In this document: piece by piece, positions 26,302-36,399 of the stretch
Layout: each line of letters begins with the position of its first letter
How positions within the stretch are numbered: the stretch's first letter is position 1
Origin: an uncultured virus (IMG/VR IMGVR_UViG_3300007539_000017)
Lineage: Duplodnaviria > Heunggongvirae > Uroviricota > Caudoviricetes
Virus record (IMG/VR): IMGVR_UViG_3300007539_000017
Length of the DNA stretch: 64,000 nucleotides
Strand: one strand, 5' to 3'
Notes under the pieces: generated by a model
The model's input: only the letters and a program-made list of their open reading frames with translations
What the model was told of the DNA's origin: nothing
Database searches by the model: none
Position numbers and translations under genes: made by a program

Positions 26302-27483
26302 ATGAGTAGTAGTAAAGACTTTATAAAAATAAAGTTAAATACATTAGGGGTAAGAACATTACCTCATCCATTCGCTAAAGACATACAAGAAATTTATTGT
26401 TATGTTCAGGCTCAATCGTTAAAGGAAATAGATATCCCTAACGACCCAAATCCAAGAGACCCAATTACAGATAAGAAATCATTTGATGAATTGTCTGAAA
26501 TTGTTGCACAAGCTGATACACACCCAGATATGTTTGGGTATGCTGCAATTGGATTACACATTTATGCAAGTGAAGCTGAATTAGATAATAAAACAGGTGA
26601 ACTTACATTAAGTCTATCTAAATCAAAAACAACTAGAGATGGTCTTGTAAATGGTAATCACTTATTAAAAGCAATTCAAGATGCAGATGAAGTTCCAGAG
26701 GACAGATTTGTTAGAGCATTTATTATGACAAAAGTTCCAGAACTTAAAAAACTTGACATATCAGTTGGGTTGAATTCATCTAATGAAGTATCCAAAGAAT
26801 CTATTTGGAACTATCAAGGTAAACTTGATTGGATTAAAAAATCTCTTAAAAATACTGAGTGGGAAGATTTAGTTGTTTATCACCAAGGTGACACAGGTAA
26901 TTTTCCAGTAAGAGATATTCTTACAACTCTATATACATTGAGAATTGATGGAACTGAAATGAAATTCAAACCTGAAATAGATACTGTTGGTTATGGTCGT
27001 AAACATACAGTTATGAGCATATATGATAACGATGAGAATATTGATTTATTTTCTGTTAGAGATAAAGATTTAGCGAAAATCTTAAAATTTCAAGACTATA
27101 TGCAATTTACTGCTGAAAAGCTTTGGAAAGAAGCTGGTGGTGATGAAGAGACATATATGTTTAAAACATATTCTGCAGCAAAATGTCCTAGCAATCCTAC
27201 AGAAGGAAAGCCAGACCGAATGTTACAAAATGGTGTATTAGTGCCATTGTTAGCAGCCTTTAGAGCTTTAATAGCTTTTGATGGAAAGTTTGATTACCAT
27301 AAAGCAAAAACTATTTGGGATTCTATTGGTGCAGAGTTAATGTTAGAACCACACATGACAGCAAACAATTATGGTGAGCTAAGACCTGTTGGTTATGACA
27401 AAACTTTCTGGATGAACTCTTTTATGAAAGTTCTAAAAGAAGCAAAAATGCAATATCCAAAGTACAAAAAAAAGAGTGCTTAA
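26302..27483 (+). CDS. AIPR-family protein (ParB-like fold), putative
   Basis: NPRD, G..I.A, GLVNGNH, ISVGLNSSN pattern; stand-alone unit with its own SD and terminator. Confidence 0.6.
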   Translation: MSSSKDFIKIKLNTLGVRTLPHPFAKDIQEIYCYVQAQSLKEIDIPNDPNPRDPITDKKSFDELSEIVAQADTHPDMFGYAAIGLHIYASEAELDNKTGELTLSLSKSKTTRDGLVNGNHLLKAIQDADEVPEDRFVRAFIMTKVPELKKLDISVGLNSSNEVSKESIWNYQGKLDWIKKSLKNTEWEDLVVYHQGDTGNFPVRDILTTLYTLRIDGTEMKFKPEIDTVGYGRKHTVMSIYDNDENIDLFSVRDKDLAKILKFQDYMQFTAEKLWKEAGGDEETYMFKTYSAAKCPSNPTEGKPDRMLQNGVLVPLLAAFRALIAFDGKFDYHKAKTIWDSIGAELMLEPHMTANNYGELRPVGYDKTFWMNSFMKVLKEAKMQYPKYKKKSA

Positions 27484-27507
27484 AGATATTATCCTTCACT
27501 AAGAATT

Positions 27508-27538
27508 TACCTCGTCTAAAATGGCGAGGTATTTTCTT
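27508..27538 (+). terminator. Intrinsic terminator
   Basis: TACCTCGTC/GGCGAGGTA stem followed by TTTT. Confidence 0.6.
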
Positions 27539-27586
27539 ATCTTTAAATACCACACCCTATCTTTTGAAATGTTAAAGTAATGTTAA

Positions 27587-27640
27587 GTCGGCATCCACAC
27601 CGACCTCCTCCCATCATCGGCTCTCTTAGGAGAGCTGTAT
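27587..27640 (+). ncRNA. Candidate small RNA with a CCUCCUCCC motif
   Basis: GTCGG/CCGAC hairpin, CCTCCTCCC (27604-27612), CGGCTCTC-TTAG-GAGAGCTG hairpin. Confidence 0.45.
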
Positions 27641-27669
27641 CTAAAATACTAATCTGCTAAGATTTTATT

Positions 27670-28656
27670 ATGTCAATATTTATAGCAATGCCAACAATGC
27701 ACGATACGGAATTTGAAGCCACGATATTAGATGCATTTTCAAAAGCAAATAAACCAGAAGATATTTATTTTGGTATACGCTCTATGTCTTCATCTGATAA
27801 AGAAAAAGAAAAGCTAGATAAAGTTAAGAATCAATTTGGTAAAAGAATAAGAGGTTACGTTGATACTATTTCTGAACACAATAGATTAGAAAAATTAGGT
27901 ACAGGTATTGCAAGAAAAGCTGTAGCAGAATTGTACGATGGTGAAGATTATATTTTAAGTATTGATAGTCATACTTTGTTTATTGATGGTTGGGATTCTT
28001 TATTAATTAAAATGTACAAAGAAGCAGTAGTTGAAACTGGTAATTTAAAATCAATACTTACTGCATATCCTTCTAAATATAAATATATTAACGGAGAAAG
28101 AAAATTTTTAGATAGCAATATGCTTTATCCGTACATAGGTTGGGAACAGAATTGGACCTTAGATGAATTTCCTTTTTTATCTAGACCATTATGGGAGGGT
28201 TGCTTGCCTTGGATGGTAAAACCATTAGAACATTCAGTAAAAAAATTTTTACCAACTGGTAAATTTAGTTATAATTTTTCTTTTAGTGGTCAAATGTTTC
28301 TTTATGATGAAGACACTGAAATTGTAATAATGGAAGAAGATATGATTAAAACTTTTAAATTGCTTCATGATGGTTGGGAATTAGTACATCCCAATATTGG
28401 AGAACCTATTATTGGTCATATGTATTTAACAGAAATTGATATAAATGGTGGAAGTAGAGCTTACTGGCATATGTTCTGTAGCGAAGAAGAAAAGCAAATG
28501 CTTGAAAAAAAAGAACTAGAAAATTTTTATAGATACTACAACGACCCTAAGTATTCTGACACTATAAATAAATATGAAGATTGGATGAAAGCTTCTTTTA
28601 AAGAACAATCTCAACATAATTATCATATTCCTAAAGATTGGTTTCAAAATGTCTAG
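27670..28656 (+). CDS. GT-A glycosyltransferase resembling the Skp1 GlcNAc transferase family (GT60)
   Basis: SIFIA....D.E...TI.D.F.KA..PE.I.FGI, G.G.AR, Y.GEDY.LSIDSH..F..GWD. Confidence 0.8.
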   Translation: MSIFIAMPTMHDTEFEATILDAFSKANKPEDIYFGIRSMSSSDKEKEKLDKVKNQFGKRIRGYVDTISEHNRLEKLGTGIARKAVAELYDGEDYILSIDSHTLFIDGWDSLLIKMYKEAVVETGNLKSILTAYPSKYKYINGERKFLDSNMLYPYIGWEQNWTLDEFPFLSRPLWEGCLPWMVKPLEHSVKKFLPTGKFSYNFSFSGQMFLYDEDTEIVIMEEDMIKTFKLLHDGWELVHPNIGEPIIGHMYLTEIDINGGSRAYWHMFCSEEEKQMLEKKELENFYRYYNDPKYSDTINKYEDWMKASFKEQSQHNYHIPKDWFQNV

Positions 28657-29032
28657 AGTAGAGTGGGATTCAGAAAACGAAACATATTCAGAATTTAAAA
28701 AACGAAGAAGCAAGTCTCATGGTATATCTGGTATGGGACAAAAAAAGCGAGAAGGGACAGGAAAAATAAATAAATCTGCACTTCGTGAAAAAGCTTTGAA
28801 ACGTGCAAATTACAGGTGTGAGTGGCCTGAATGCAACGATACACAGTGGCTGGAGATGGCACACATTACTGGAATTGGGATGGGAGGCAAAAATAGAGAC
28901 ATCTCTAATGATGAAGGTAATGTGGCTATCTTTTGTAAATTTCATCACGATATTTTTGATGGTAAAACAATATCTGGACAAAAAAGAGAGTACACTAAGT
29001 TTGTAAGAGCTTACTTGGGGAGATATGCCTAG
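28649..29032 (+). CDS. HNH endonuclease
   Basis: RCEWPEC...AHI...G.GG...N...CKFHH. Confidence 0.8.
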   Translation: MSRVEWDSENETYSEFKKRRSKSHGISGMGQKKREGTGKINKSALREKALKRANYRCEWPECNDTQWLEMAHITGIGMGGKNRDISNDEGNVAIFCKFHHDIFDGKTISGQKREYTKFVRAYLGRYA

Positions 29033-29264
29033 ATATGATTATAAGTGTTTAGTTTGTGAACACGTTTATGAGATAGAACATAAAATTACTGAGGACCCAG
29101 ATATTATGTGTCCTAAATGTATTTTTAAATGTCAAAGACAAATTTCAACAAATGTTATGTTTGAAACACCAATGGATGCAGATTTTGTACAAGACCCTGC
29201 AACATTAAGTGCTAAATCATTAGCCCAAGTTGAAAAAGCTAAAAAACAAAAATTTAGATGGTAG
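29025..29264 (+). CDS. FmdB-family zinc-ribbon protein
   Basis: MPRYDYKC..C...E....CPKC. Confidence 0.85.
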   Translation: MPRYDYKCLVCEHVYEIEHKITEDPDIMCPKCIFKCQRQISTNVMFETPMDADFVQDPATLSAKSLAQVEKAKKQKFRW

Positions 29265-29270
29265 GAGATT

Positions 29271-29477
29271 ATGGATTATCAATTTATTACTGAAGAAGAT
29301 AAAAAAACTATTGTGGAATCACAATTAAAAAAATTAGAAGCAGACCACTTTGCAATGTTATTACTTGAACCAAACAAGTTGCAAGATTCGCAAAATCATT
29401 TATCTTGGCAACAAGCAAAAACTGGTATAGAGAATTCTATAGAAAGGCTAAGAAACAAATCAAAAAATTTAATTTAA
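29271..29477 (+). CDS. Small helical protein (paralog of 63423-63698)
   Basis: YQF...K.......E..HF pattern shared. Confidence 0.65.
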   Translation: MDYQFITEEDKKTIVESQLKKLEADHFAMLLLEPNKLQDSQNHLSWQQAKTGIENSIERLRNKSKNLI

Positions 29478-30695
29478 ATGCCAATATACGCACCAGAATT
29501 ACCTTCATTACATGAAGCACAAAAAAAAGTTGCAGAAAGTGATGCACGTTGGAAAATACTTTGTGCTGGTCGTAGGTTTGGTAAGACTAGACTTGGTGTT
29601 CAATTATGTCTCCAAACTGCCCTTAATGGTGGAAGAGCTTGGTGGGTTGCTCCTACTTTTTCTATTGCTAGGGTTGGCTGGAGAGCACTCGAAGCAGCAG
29701 CAATGTCCTTTCCTAGAGAAATTGAACCAAAAGTTTCAATCGCTAACATGGAAGTTCTTTTTCCAAATGGTGGTTTTATTGCTTGTAAGTCTGCTGATAA
29801 TCCTCAACGTCTAAGAGGTGAAGGTTTAGATTTTATTGTTATTGATGAGGCAGCATTCGTAAAGCCAGAAGTTTGGCAAGAAGTATTAAGACCTACCTTA
29901 ACTGAAAGAAAAGGTTCTGCATTATTTATTAGTACTCCACTTGGTATTGGTAATTGGTTTTATGACCTTTGGGAAACTGCTGGAGAACAAGATAATTGGG
30001 AAAGATTTAGATTTACCACACTTGATAATCCTGCTATTGACCCTGAAGAGTTAGAATCAGCAAAAAGAGAAGTAGGCTCTATTGTCTATGCACAAGAATA
30101 TATGGCAGAATTTGTAGAAGCAGGACAAGGACTATTTAAACCAGAGTGGGTATCTTATTTTGATGTAAATACAAATGGTTTTTATGTAGGTGGTGGAGGA
30201 CAATGGGACCCAAATGATTTAGAACATTTTGGAGCAGTTGATGTTGCAGTTACTACTGAAAAATCTTCTGACTATACAGTAATAATGTCTTTTGCAAGAA
30301 CTCCTAGTAATCAACTTTTCTTAGAAGATTTAGTAAGAGTAAAAATGGAGGGACCTGATATTGTTCCTGCAATGCAAAGACAATCTCATAAACATAATTG
30401 GAGATATGTACTTATGGAAAATCAGGGATTCTCAAAAGCATTTATACAACAAGCGCAAAGGGCAGGATTGCGTGTAAAAGAAATGCGTGCAGAAAAGGAT
30501 AAAATAACCAAAGCTTTACCACTAAGTGCTAGGATGGAGGCAGGCGAAGTTATGTTTCGTAAAGATTCAGCTTGGCTTACGGAATTAGAGAGAGAGTTAT
30601 TGACTTTTCCTGTTGGAGCACATGACGACCAAGTCGATGCTCTGGGTCTCGCAGCACAGTCAGTACAAACTAGACGAGAATGGACAGCTTACTAG
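29478..30695 (+). CDS. terL: Terminase large subunit
   Basis: GRRFGKT Walker A, IVIDEAA Walker B, ISTP, C-terminal HDDQVDAL. Confidence 0.96.
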   Translation: MPIYAPELPSLHEAQKKVAESDARWKILCAGRRFGKTRLGVQLCLQTALNGGRAWWVAPTFSIARVGWRALEAAAMSFPREIEPKVSIANMEVLFPNGGFIACKSADNPQRLRGEGLDFIVIDEAAFVKPEVWQEVLRPTLTERKGSALFISTPLGIGNWFYDLWETAGEQDNWERFRFTTLDNPAIDPEELESAKREVGSIVYAQEYMAEFVEAGQGLFKPEWVSYFDVNTNGFYVGGGGQWDPNDLEHFGAVDVAVTTEKSSDYTVIMSFARTPSNQLFLEDLVRVKMEGPDIVPAMQRQSHKHNWRYVLMENQGFSKAFIQQAQRAGLRVKEMRAEKDKITKALPLSARMEAGEVMFRKDSAWLTELERELLTFPVGAHDDQVDALGLAAQSVQTRREWTAY

Positions 30696-33527
30696 ATGGA
30701 AGAAAAAAATAGATTCCAGAAGGCTCTGGATTTCATTATTCCTAGAAGAGGGAATAGTGAGCAAAAACTACAAGGTAATTTTAACCAGCACTTTGGCAAT
30801 GATGCTTCTATATATGGATATAACAGCTCAGCTGGTTTTTTTGAATCACAGAAATTAAAAGAAATTGGTGATGGCTCAGGTAATTCAGCTGTAGTCGCAT
30901 GTCTTAATGTACTAGCAACCTCATTTTCAGAACCTAAGCTACAAGTAATAAGAAAAGACACAAAGTATTTAGATAGTGAAATAATTCAAGAACATCCACT
31001 ATCAAAATTATATTCAAGACCTAATCCTTTTATGTCAGCTAACCTATTATCACATTATATAGTTTTAGCTTTAAATACATTAGGAGATGCGTTCCTTTAT
31101 AAGAACAGAGATAAAAATGGTAAAGTTGTAGAGCTTGTTCCATTGATGCCACATTTAGTAGAAGTAAGAGGTAATGAAAATAAATTAATTACACATTACG
31201 ATTATTACTTATATGGTAAAGGCGACAAGATAGAACTTCCAGAATCTGATGTAGTTCATATAAGACAAGGTATAGACCCAAATGACCATCGTAGAGGACA
31301 TGCTCCTCTAAAAACAGTTTTAAGAGAAATTTTAGGTGATGAATCTGCTGGCCAGTTCACAGCGGCACTATTAAATAACATGGCTGTGCCAGGCGTAGTA
31401 CTCACACCTAGAAATGATGGATTTGGTGGACCTACTAGAGAAGAAGCAGAAGCAATATCTCAAATGTATAAAGAAAAATTTGGTGGACAAAATCGTGGTG
31501 CTCCAATGGTATTGTCTGGTGCAATGAACATTGATATTGTATCTTTTTCTCCAGACCAAATGAAGTTAGCAGAACTTAGAAGAATCCCAGAAGAAAGAGT
31601 ATCTGCAGTTTTAGGCGTGCCCGCAATTCTCGCAGGCCTCGGGGCTGGATTGGATTCGGCCACCTATAACAATACGAAGGAATTAAGAGAGTTTTTTACA
31701 GAGCAAAAACTTGTTCCTATGTGGAGAACAGTAGCTGCTGAATTGACTCATCAATTATTAATACCAGATTTTAAAGATGAAGGTTTTGAGTGTATGTATG
31801 ATATTCAAGGCGTAAGAGCTTTACAGACAGATATGGACAATCTTTACAAAAGAGTAAATATGGGCGTATCTGGTGGTTGGATAACCATTGGTGAAGCTAG
31901 ACAAGTCGTTGGATTAGATGTAGATGAAAAACATGATGTATATCTAAGACCATTAAATATGATTCAAGTAGATACAAATGGTAATGCAATTCTTAATGAC
32001 ACTCCGCAAGAAAATAGAAGCCAAGCTGCACAAGTGGCTAGATTACCAGAAGCTGCTGGATACAATGATGAAGTAAGTATTAAAGCTACTACTGACTCTA
32101 CTCAGTATCCAATTGAATCTACTAGACAACCTAGAATACAACAAAATGAAGAACCTCGTAATGAAGAAAAATATATTGCAAAAATGCCTAATGGTGCATT
32201 CTGTGTAATTAGTCATGACACAGGAAAAGTAATTAAATGTTTTGATACGGAAAAAGAAGCTGAAAAGTTTTTAGGTAAAAAATCAGGACACCCAGATAGA
32301 AATACTTCTAGCAATATGTGGATGTATGACACAATAGAAGCTGCTGAAAGAAGAGCTAAAGAAATTGGTTGCGAAGGTTATCACGAACATGAAGTAAGAG
32401 GTACTACTTACTATATGCCTTGTGCAAGCCATGAACAAATGGAAAGGTCAAAAAAATCTTATCTTGTTGATATAATGGAAGAACTCAAAGTAAGTTTAGA
32501 AGAAGCAGAAGTTATTATGGAATCGCAATTTAGTATTGAACCAGAAAACATAAAAGAAAAACCTAAAAAAGATAGAACAAATTTTCCAAGTCCAGGTGAT
32601 GATAAACAAGTATCACTTTCAAATTCAAAATATAAGCAATTTCCATATGGGTATGCTAAAGACCTAAAAGAAAATTGGCCTGAGATTTGGAGAAGAGCTG
32701 GTAACGGAGGTAACCCTCCTACATCATTTACAGGAAATGATGCCTTCGCTAATTGGACTAAATACAAGTCTGGTGATAGAAGTGAATCAGTTCTTAACTG
32801 GGTTCGTAGAAGAGAACGTTTTATGGGTAGACATCAAAACAATAACAGACTTAATGGCACTATTGCCAATATTAAGTGGGGTGGTGTTTCTAACATAGGT
32901 GTTCCTGCTATGAAAAAAATTATTAATGACCAAAAAGAAATTGTTAGAGCTAGGAGAAAAAATGCATCTGATTTAGCAGAAATTATGGCAGATGATATTG
33001 CTTTAAAATCTGTTTCTTCAAGAGTAAGAAAAATACTTTCTGAAAAGACAAAAAATCATAATGCTAAAAATCCAAAGCATAGAACAAATACCAGAACTTT
33101 GGTCTCAGTTTTTAATAGAGGTGTCGGTGCTTACAAGACTAATCCTTCTTCAGTTAGAGGTAATGTTACTTCAGCTGACCAATGGGGAATAGCCAGAGTA
33201 AATGGGTTCTTACACGCTTTGCGTACTGGACGATTTAAGAGAAAGCCTTATGACCAAGACTTACTACCTTCTTCCCACCCTCTCTCATCTAAAAAGAGTG
33301 GAGAGAAAGCAGCTAGTGTTAGAGTAGGACAATCTGTTAGTTGGTCTATAAACAAGGACCCAGACCCACCCTCAACTGTTCATGGAGTAGTCACATCAGT
33401 AAGTGACGGAGAAGCCACTATGCAAGTCTATGCAATAATGGAAGACGGAAAACATAAAAAGACTGACAGAAAAGTAACAATGCCAGTTTCAAAACTCACA
33501 GTTATAAAAGATATAAAAGACGAATAA
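30696..33527 (+). CDS. HK97-type portal protein with ~500-aa C-terminal extension
   Basis: HPL..L..RPNP.MS, VVHIR, G.APL, V.AVLGVP, GWIT..EAR; extra domains follow. Confidence 0.92.
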   Translation: MEEKNRFQKALDFIIPRRGNSEQKLQGNFNQHFGNDASIYGYNSSAGFFESQKLKEIGDGSGNSAVVACLNVLATSFSEPKLQVIRKDTKYLDSEIIQEHPLSKLYSRPNPFMSANLLSHYIVLALNTLGDAFLYKNRDKNGKVVELVPLMPHLVEVRGNENKLITHYDYYLYGKGDKIELPESDVVHIRQGIDPNDHRRGHAPLKTVLREILGDESAGQFTAALLNNMAVPGVVLTPRNDGFGGPTREEAEAISQMYKEKFGGQNRGAPMVLSGAMNIDIVSFSPDQMKLAELRRIPEERVSAVLGVPAILAGLGAGLDSATYNNTKELREFFTEQKLVPMWRTVAAELTHQLLIPDFKDEGFECMYDIQGVRALQTDMDNLYKRVNMGVSGGWITIGEARQVVGLDVDEKHDVYLRPLNMIQVDTNGNAILNDTPQENRSQAAQVARLPEAAGYNDEVSIKATTDSTQYPIESTRQPRIQQNEEPRNEEKYIAKMPNGAFCVISHDTGKVIKCFDTEKEAEKFLGKKSGHPDRNTSSNMWMYDTIEAAERRAKEIGCEGYHEHEVRGTTYYMPCASHEQMERSKKSYLVDIMEELKVSLEEAEVIMESQFSIEPENIKEKPKKDRTNFPSPGDDKQVSLSNSKYKQFPYGYAKDLKENWPEIWRRAGNGGNPPTSFTGNDAFANWTKYKSGDRSESVLNWVRRRERFMGRHQNNNRLNGTIANIKWGGVSNIGVPAMKKIINDQKEIVRARRKNASDLAEIMADDIALKSVSSRVRKILSEKTKNHNAKNPKHRTNTRTLVSVFNRGVGAYKTNPSSVRGNVTSADQWGIARVNGFLHALRTGRFKRKPYDQDLLPSSHPLSSKKSGEKAASVRVGQSVSWSINKDPDPPSTVHGVVTSVSDGEATMQVYAIMEDGKHKKTDRKVTMPVSKLTVIKDIKDE

Positions 33528-33614
33528 AATACCACTCTTTTTAAAAGCTTCTGCAAAAATTACTATATAGCGTACCTTTTAATAAATCTGTTAACAGAGG
33601 AGATATTAATAGCT

Positions 33615-34784
33615 ATGTCTGAAAAAGAAGTAAAGGCAATCGACTTCGAATTGAAGGACGATGCCGAAGGTAAAGTTTCTGCCGTATTTTCAGTATTCAA
33701 TAGTCTAGATTCCGATGGAGATGTTGTTCTCCCAGGTTCAATCAAATCAGGTTTTAAATCTGGTGATGTCCCTATGGTATGGGCTCATAAATGGGACATG
33801 CCAATTGGTAAAGGAAGAATTGAAGAAGACGAAGGAAAAGCTACCTTTAATGGTCAGTTTTTCTTAGATACTGATTCTGGACAAGAAGCTTATAAAATAG
33901 TAAAAAACATGGGTGACATGCAACAATGGTCATTCGGTTATAGAGTCAATGATGCTGAAAGAGCACCTTTTAAAAGTGCTAATTCAGATGAAGAAGTTGA
34001 CGCAAGATATTTAAAAGATTTAACAGTCTTTGAAGTTTCACCAGTATTAGTTGGTGCAAACCAAGAGACTTATACTATGGCAATTAAATCCAATAAAGAA
34101 TTACTAGAAGATTTAGTTGAAGATGAAGTTAAAAATGTTTTAGGTTCTGAATCTTTTGAAAAAGAAGAAGAATCTGAATCTTCTGAAGAGCCAGTAGTTG
34201 CACACAATGCAAATGCTGAAACTTGTGAACATTGTGCAAAAATGTTAGAAAACCCTGCGGTTTATCTAAAAGAATTGATAGATGCACAAGATTCTGAAGA
34301 AGAAATAGAGGTGTCCGAGAAAAGTCAAACTTTCTCAGAACAAGTCAAAGATGTGCTTGCTGCATTGAACGACTTGATGGTACGAGCTACCGCCATTGCG
34401 ATGTTGCGTGCTAAAGATGGAAGAAGCCTCGGAGTAAAAGCAACTGAAGCGCTAAGAGCAGTACAAGACGATTTAAATGATGCATGGGTCGAATTAGACC
34501 AATTTATCGAAAACGTTGGAACTGAAGGTGCTTTGGAGTTAGAAGTAGAAGAACAACAACCTGTTGAAGACGACATTGAAGATGAAGACCCATCTGATGA
34601 CGTTGAGGCTGTAGAAGAGGTAGAATCTTCAGAGGAACCTGAAGTTGAATTACCTGAAGCCGTTGCAGATGATAACAGTGAATCCTTTGACGATGGTTTT
34701 GATGCCGAGTGGTCAGAAGGTCAGCAATTATTAGCTGACACAGTGGATATTGACATAACAGAAGAGGACGAGCCTGTCCTCTAA
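33615..34784 (+). CDS. HK97 prohead protease with acidic extension
   Basis: SVFNSLDSDGDVV.PG, WAH, WSFGY, EVSPVLVGAN. Confidence 0.93.
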   Translation: MSEKEVKAIDFELKDDAEGKVSAVFSVFNSLDSDGDVVLPGSIKSGFKSGDVPMVWAHKWDMPIGKGRIEEDEGKATFNGQFFLDTDSGQEAYKIVKNMGDMQQWSFGYRVNDAERAPFKSANSDEEVDARYLKDLTVFEVSPVLVGANQETYTMAIKSNKELLEDLVEDEVKNVLGSESFEKEEESESSEEPVVAHNANAETCEHCAKMLENPAVYLKELIDAQDSEEEIEVSEKSQTFSEQVKDVLAALNDLMVRATAIAMLRAKDGRSLGVKATEALRAVQDDLNDAWVELDQFIENVGTEGALELEVEEQQPVEDDIEDEDPSDDVEAVEEVESSEEPEVELPEAVADDNSESFDDGFDAEWSEGQQLLADTVDIDITEEDEPVL

Positions 34785-34819
34785 AATATAAACCAAATAT
34801 ATAGGAGAAGTAACCAATA

Positions 34820-36076
34820 ATGAGTAAAGTTAAAGAGCTCAAAGAGCAAATAGCTAAATCTCGTGAAGAGCTTAAAGAAGCTTTCGTTCCTTCAGAAGAC
34901 GGCAAGTACACACCTGAAGCCAAAGAGAAAATCAAAGGCCTCAACTCTGAACTTGCAGAACTTGTTGAAGATTTAAAAATCGAAGAATCAAAAGCTCGTA
35001 ATGAGAAAGCAATGGAAGTTGCTGCAGAAGCACCTGTCAATGCTATCCCAAATGCTATGCCTGAATCACAAAATGGTCCAAAATCTATTGGACAACAATT
35101 TGCTGAATCAAAAGCATATAATGCATACTTGGAAAATGGCGTTAAAGGTGTAGATTCTCAAGCAGAATTCAAAACAACTTTAAATACAACTGGTTATCCA
35201 CCAGAGAGCATGAGAGCTCCAGGAATCCTAGAGACCGCTCTTCGTAATCCAGATAGCGTTATAGGTTTGTTTGACCAAATTCAAACACAACAAAACGCTT
35301 GGGTTTACTTAGAAGAGACAACTTTCACTAACAATGCAGGTTCTATTGCAGAATCAGGAGATATCTCCACTGCAAACGAATCAGCACTTGCATTTACAGA
35401 AAGAACAGAATCCATCAGAAAGATGGCTACATTCTTACCTGTAACTGACGAGTTGTTAGCTGACGTCTCTGGTATTCAAGGATATGTCAACTCACGTTTA
35501 CAAACAATGATGAGATTGAACTTGGATAATCAATTAATTAATGGTAACGGTACAGCTCCAAACCTAACAGGTGTATTGAACAAATCAGGTATCAATACAT
35601 TCGATTACACAGGTGACCCATATGGTGGGGAACTTGGTAAGTTAGGACAAATTTATCAAGCAATCACAGAAATCAGAAAAGATGCTTTCGTAGAAGCAGA
35701 TTCTATCGTAATGCATCCATCTGACTGGTATCAAATTGTAACAGCTGTCAACGATTTTGCAGGAACAGATTCAGCAGGTTATGCTGCTAAGAATCCTCTT
35801 TTCGTTGTAGCAGGCGGATTTGGTGCTGATGTGACTCCAAGAATTTGGGGTCTTAGAGTAGTTCCTTCAACAGTTATTGCTGAAGGTACAGCTTTAGTTG
35901 GTAAGTTTGGTGGTGGTGACGCAGCTCAAGTAGTAATGAGAGAAGGCGTTGACCTAGCTGTTTCCGACAGCCATAGCGATTTCTTCGCAAAGAACCAATT
36001 GGCAATTAGATTAACTATGCGTCTTGGCTTTGTAGTATATCGCCCAACAGCATTCTGTTCTATAACAAACATATAG
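34820..36076 (+). CDS. Major capsid protein (HK97 fold)
   Basis: N-terminal coiled-coil delta domain, VTDELLAD, LINGNG..PNL.G, F.KN..AIR...R. Confidence 0.95.
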   Translation: MSKVKELKEQIAKSREELKEAFVPSEDGKYTPEAKEKIKGLNSELAELVEDLKIEESKARNEKAMEVAAEAPVNAIPNAMPESQNGPKSIGQQFAESKAYNAYLENGVKGVDSQAEFKTTLNTTGYPPESMRAPGILETALRNPDSVIGLFDQIQTQQNAWVYLEETTFTNNAGSIAESGDISTANESALAFTERTESIRKMATFLPVTDELLADVSGIQGYVNSRLQTMMRLNLDNQLINGNGTAPNLTGVLNKSGINTFDYTGDPYGGELGKLGQIYQAITEIRKDAFVEADSIVMHPSDWYQIVTAVNDFAGTDSAGYAAKNPLFVVAGGFGADVTPRIWGLRVVPSTVIAEGTALVGKFGGGDAAQVVMREGVDLAVSDSHSDFFAKNQLAIRLTMRLGFVVYRPTAFCSITNI

Positions 36077-36093
36077 GACTAATTTGTTTTCTA

Positions 36094-36119
36094 GAGGGGT
36101 GGTTTCGTAAGCACCCCTC
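36094..36119 (+). terminator. Hairpin after the capsid gene
   Basis: GC-rich GAGGGGTG...CACC stem-loop; no U-tract. Confidence 0.4.
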
Positions 36120-36137
36120 AGAAGACTAGGAGAAAAA

Positions 36138-36296
36138 ATGAATCCAGAAGACGTTAAAAATCAAATACAACAATATGGCGGAATTGTTAGAGATAAAGAA
36201 TTTTTTAAAAAAGCAGAAGAAACATTAAAACAGTTTATGAAAACTAAATCTGAACCTGAAGAAGAACCTGAAGAAGAGGAATTTTTAGATGCCTAG
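36138..36296 (+). CDS. 52-aa protein with acidic tail
   Basis: MNPEDVKNQ...EPEEEPEEEEFLDA; SD AGGAG. Confidence 0.6.
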   Translation: MNPEDVKNQIQQYGGIVRDKEFFKKAEETLKQFMKTKSEPEEEPEEEEFLDA

Positions 36297-36399
36297 AGGT
36301 AGACCAAAATCATACGGAAGACCTGGTAGGATGAAGATGGGTGGTAGAGTCAGACCAATGAAGCGTGGTGGACGCATTCGTAAGCCTAGGAGAAGATAA
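36289..36399 (+). CDS. 36-aa Arg-rich peptide
   Basis: MPRGRPKSYGRPGRMKMGGRVRPMKRGGRIRKPRRR; SD GAGGA. Confidence 0.6.
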   Translation: MPRGRPKSYGRPGRMKMGGRVRPMKRGGRIRKPRRR

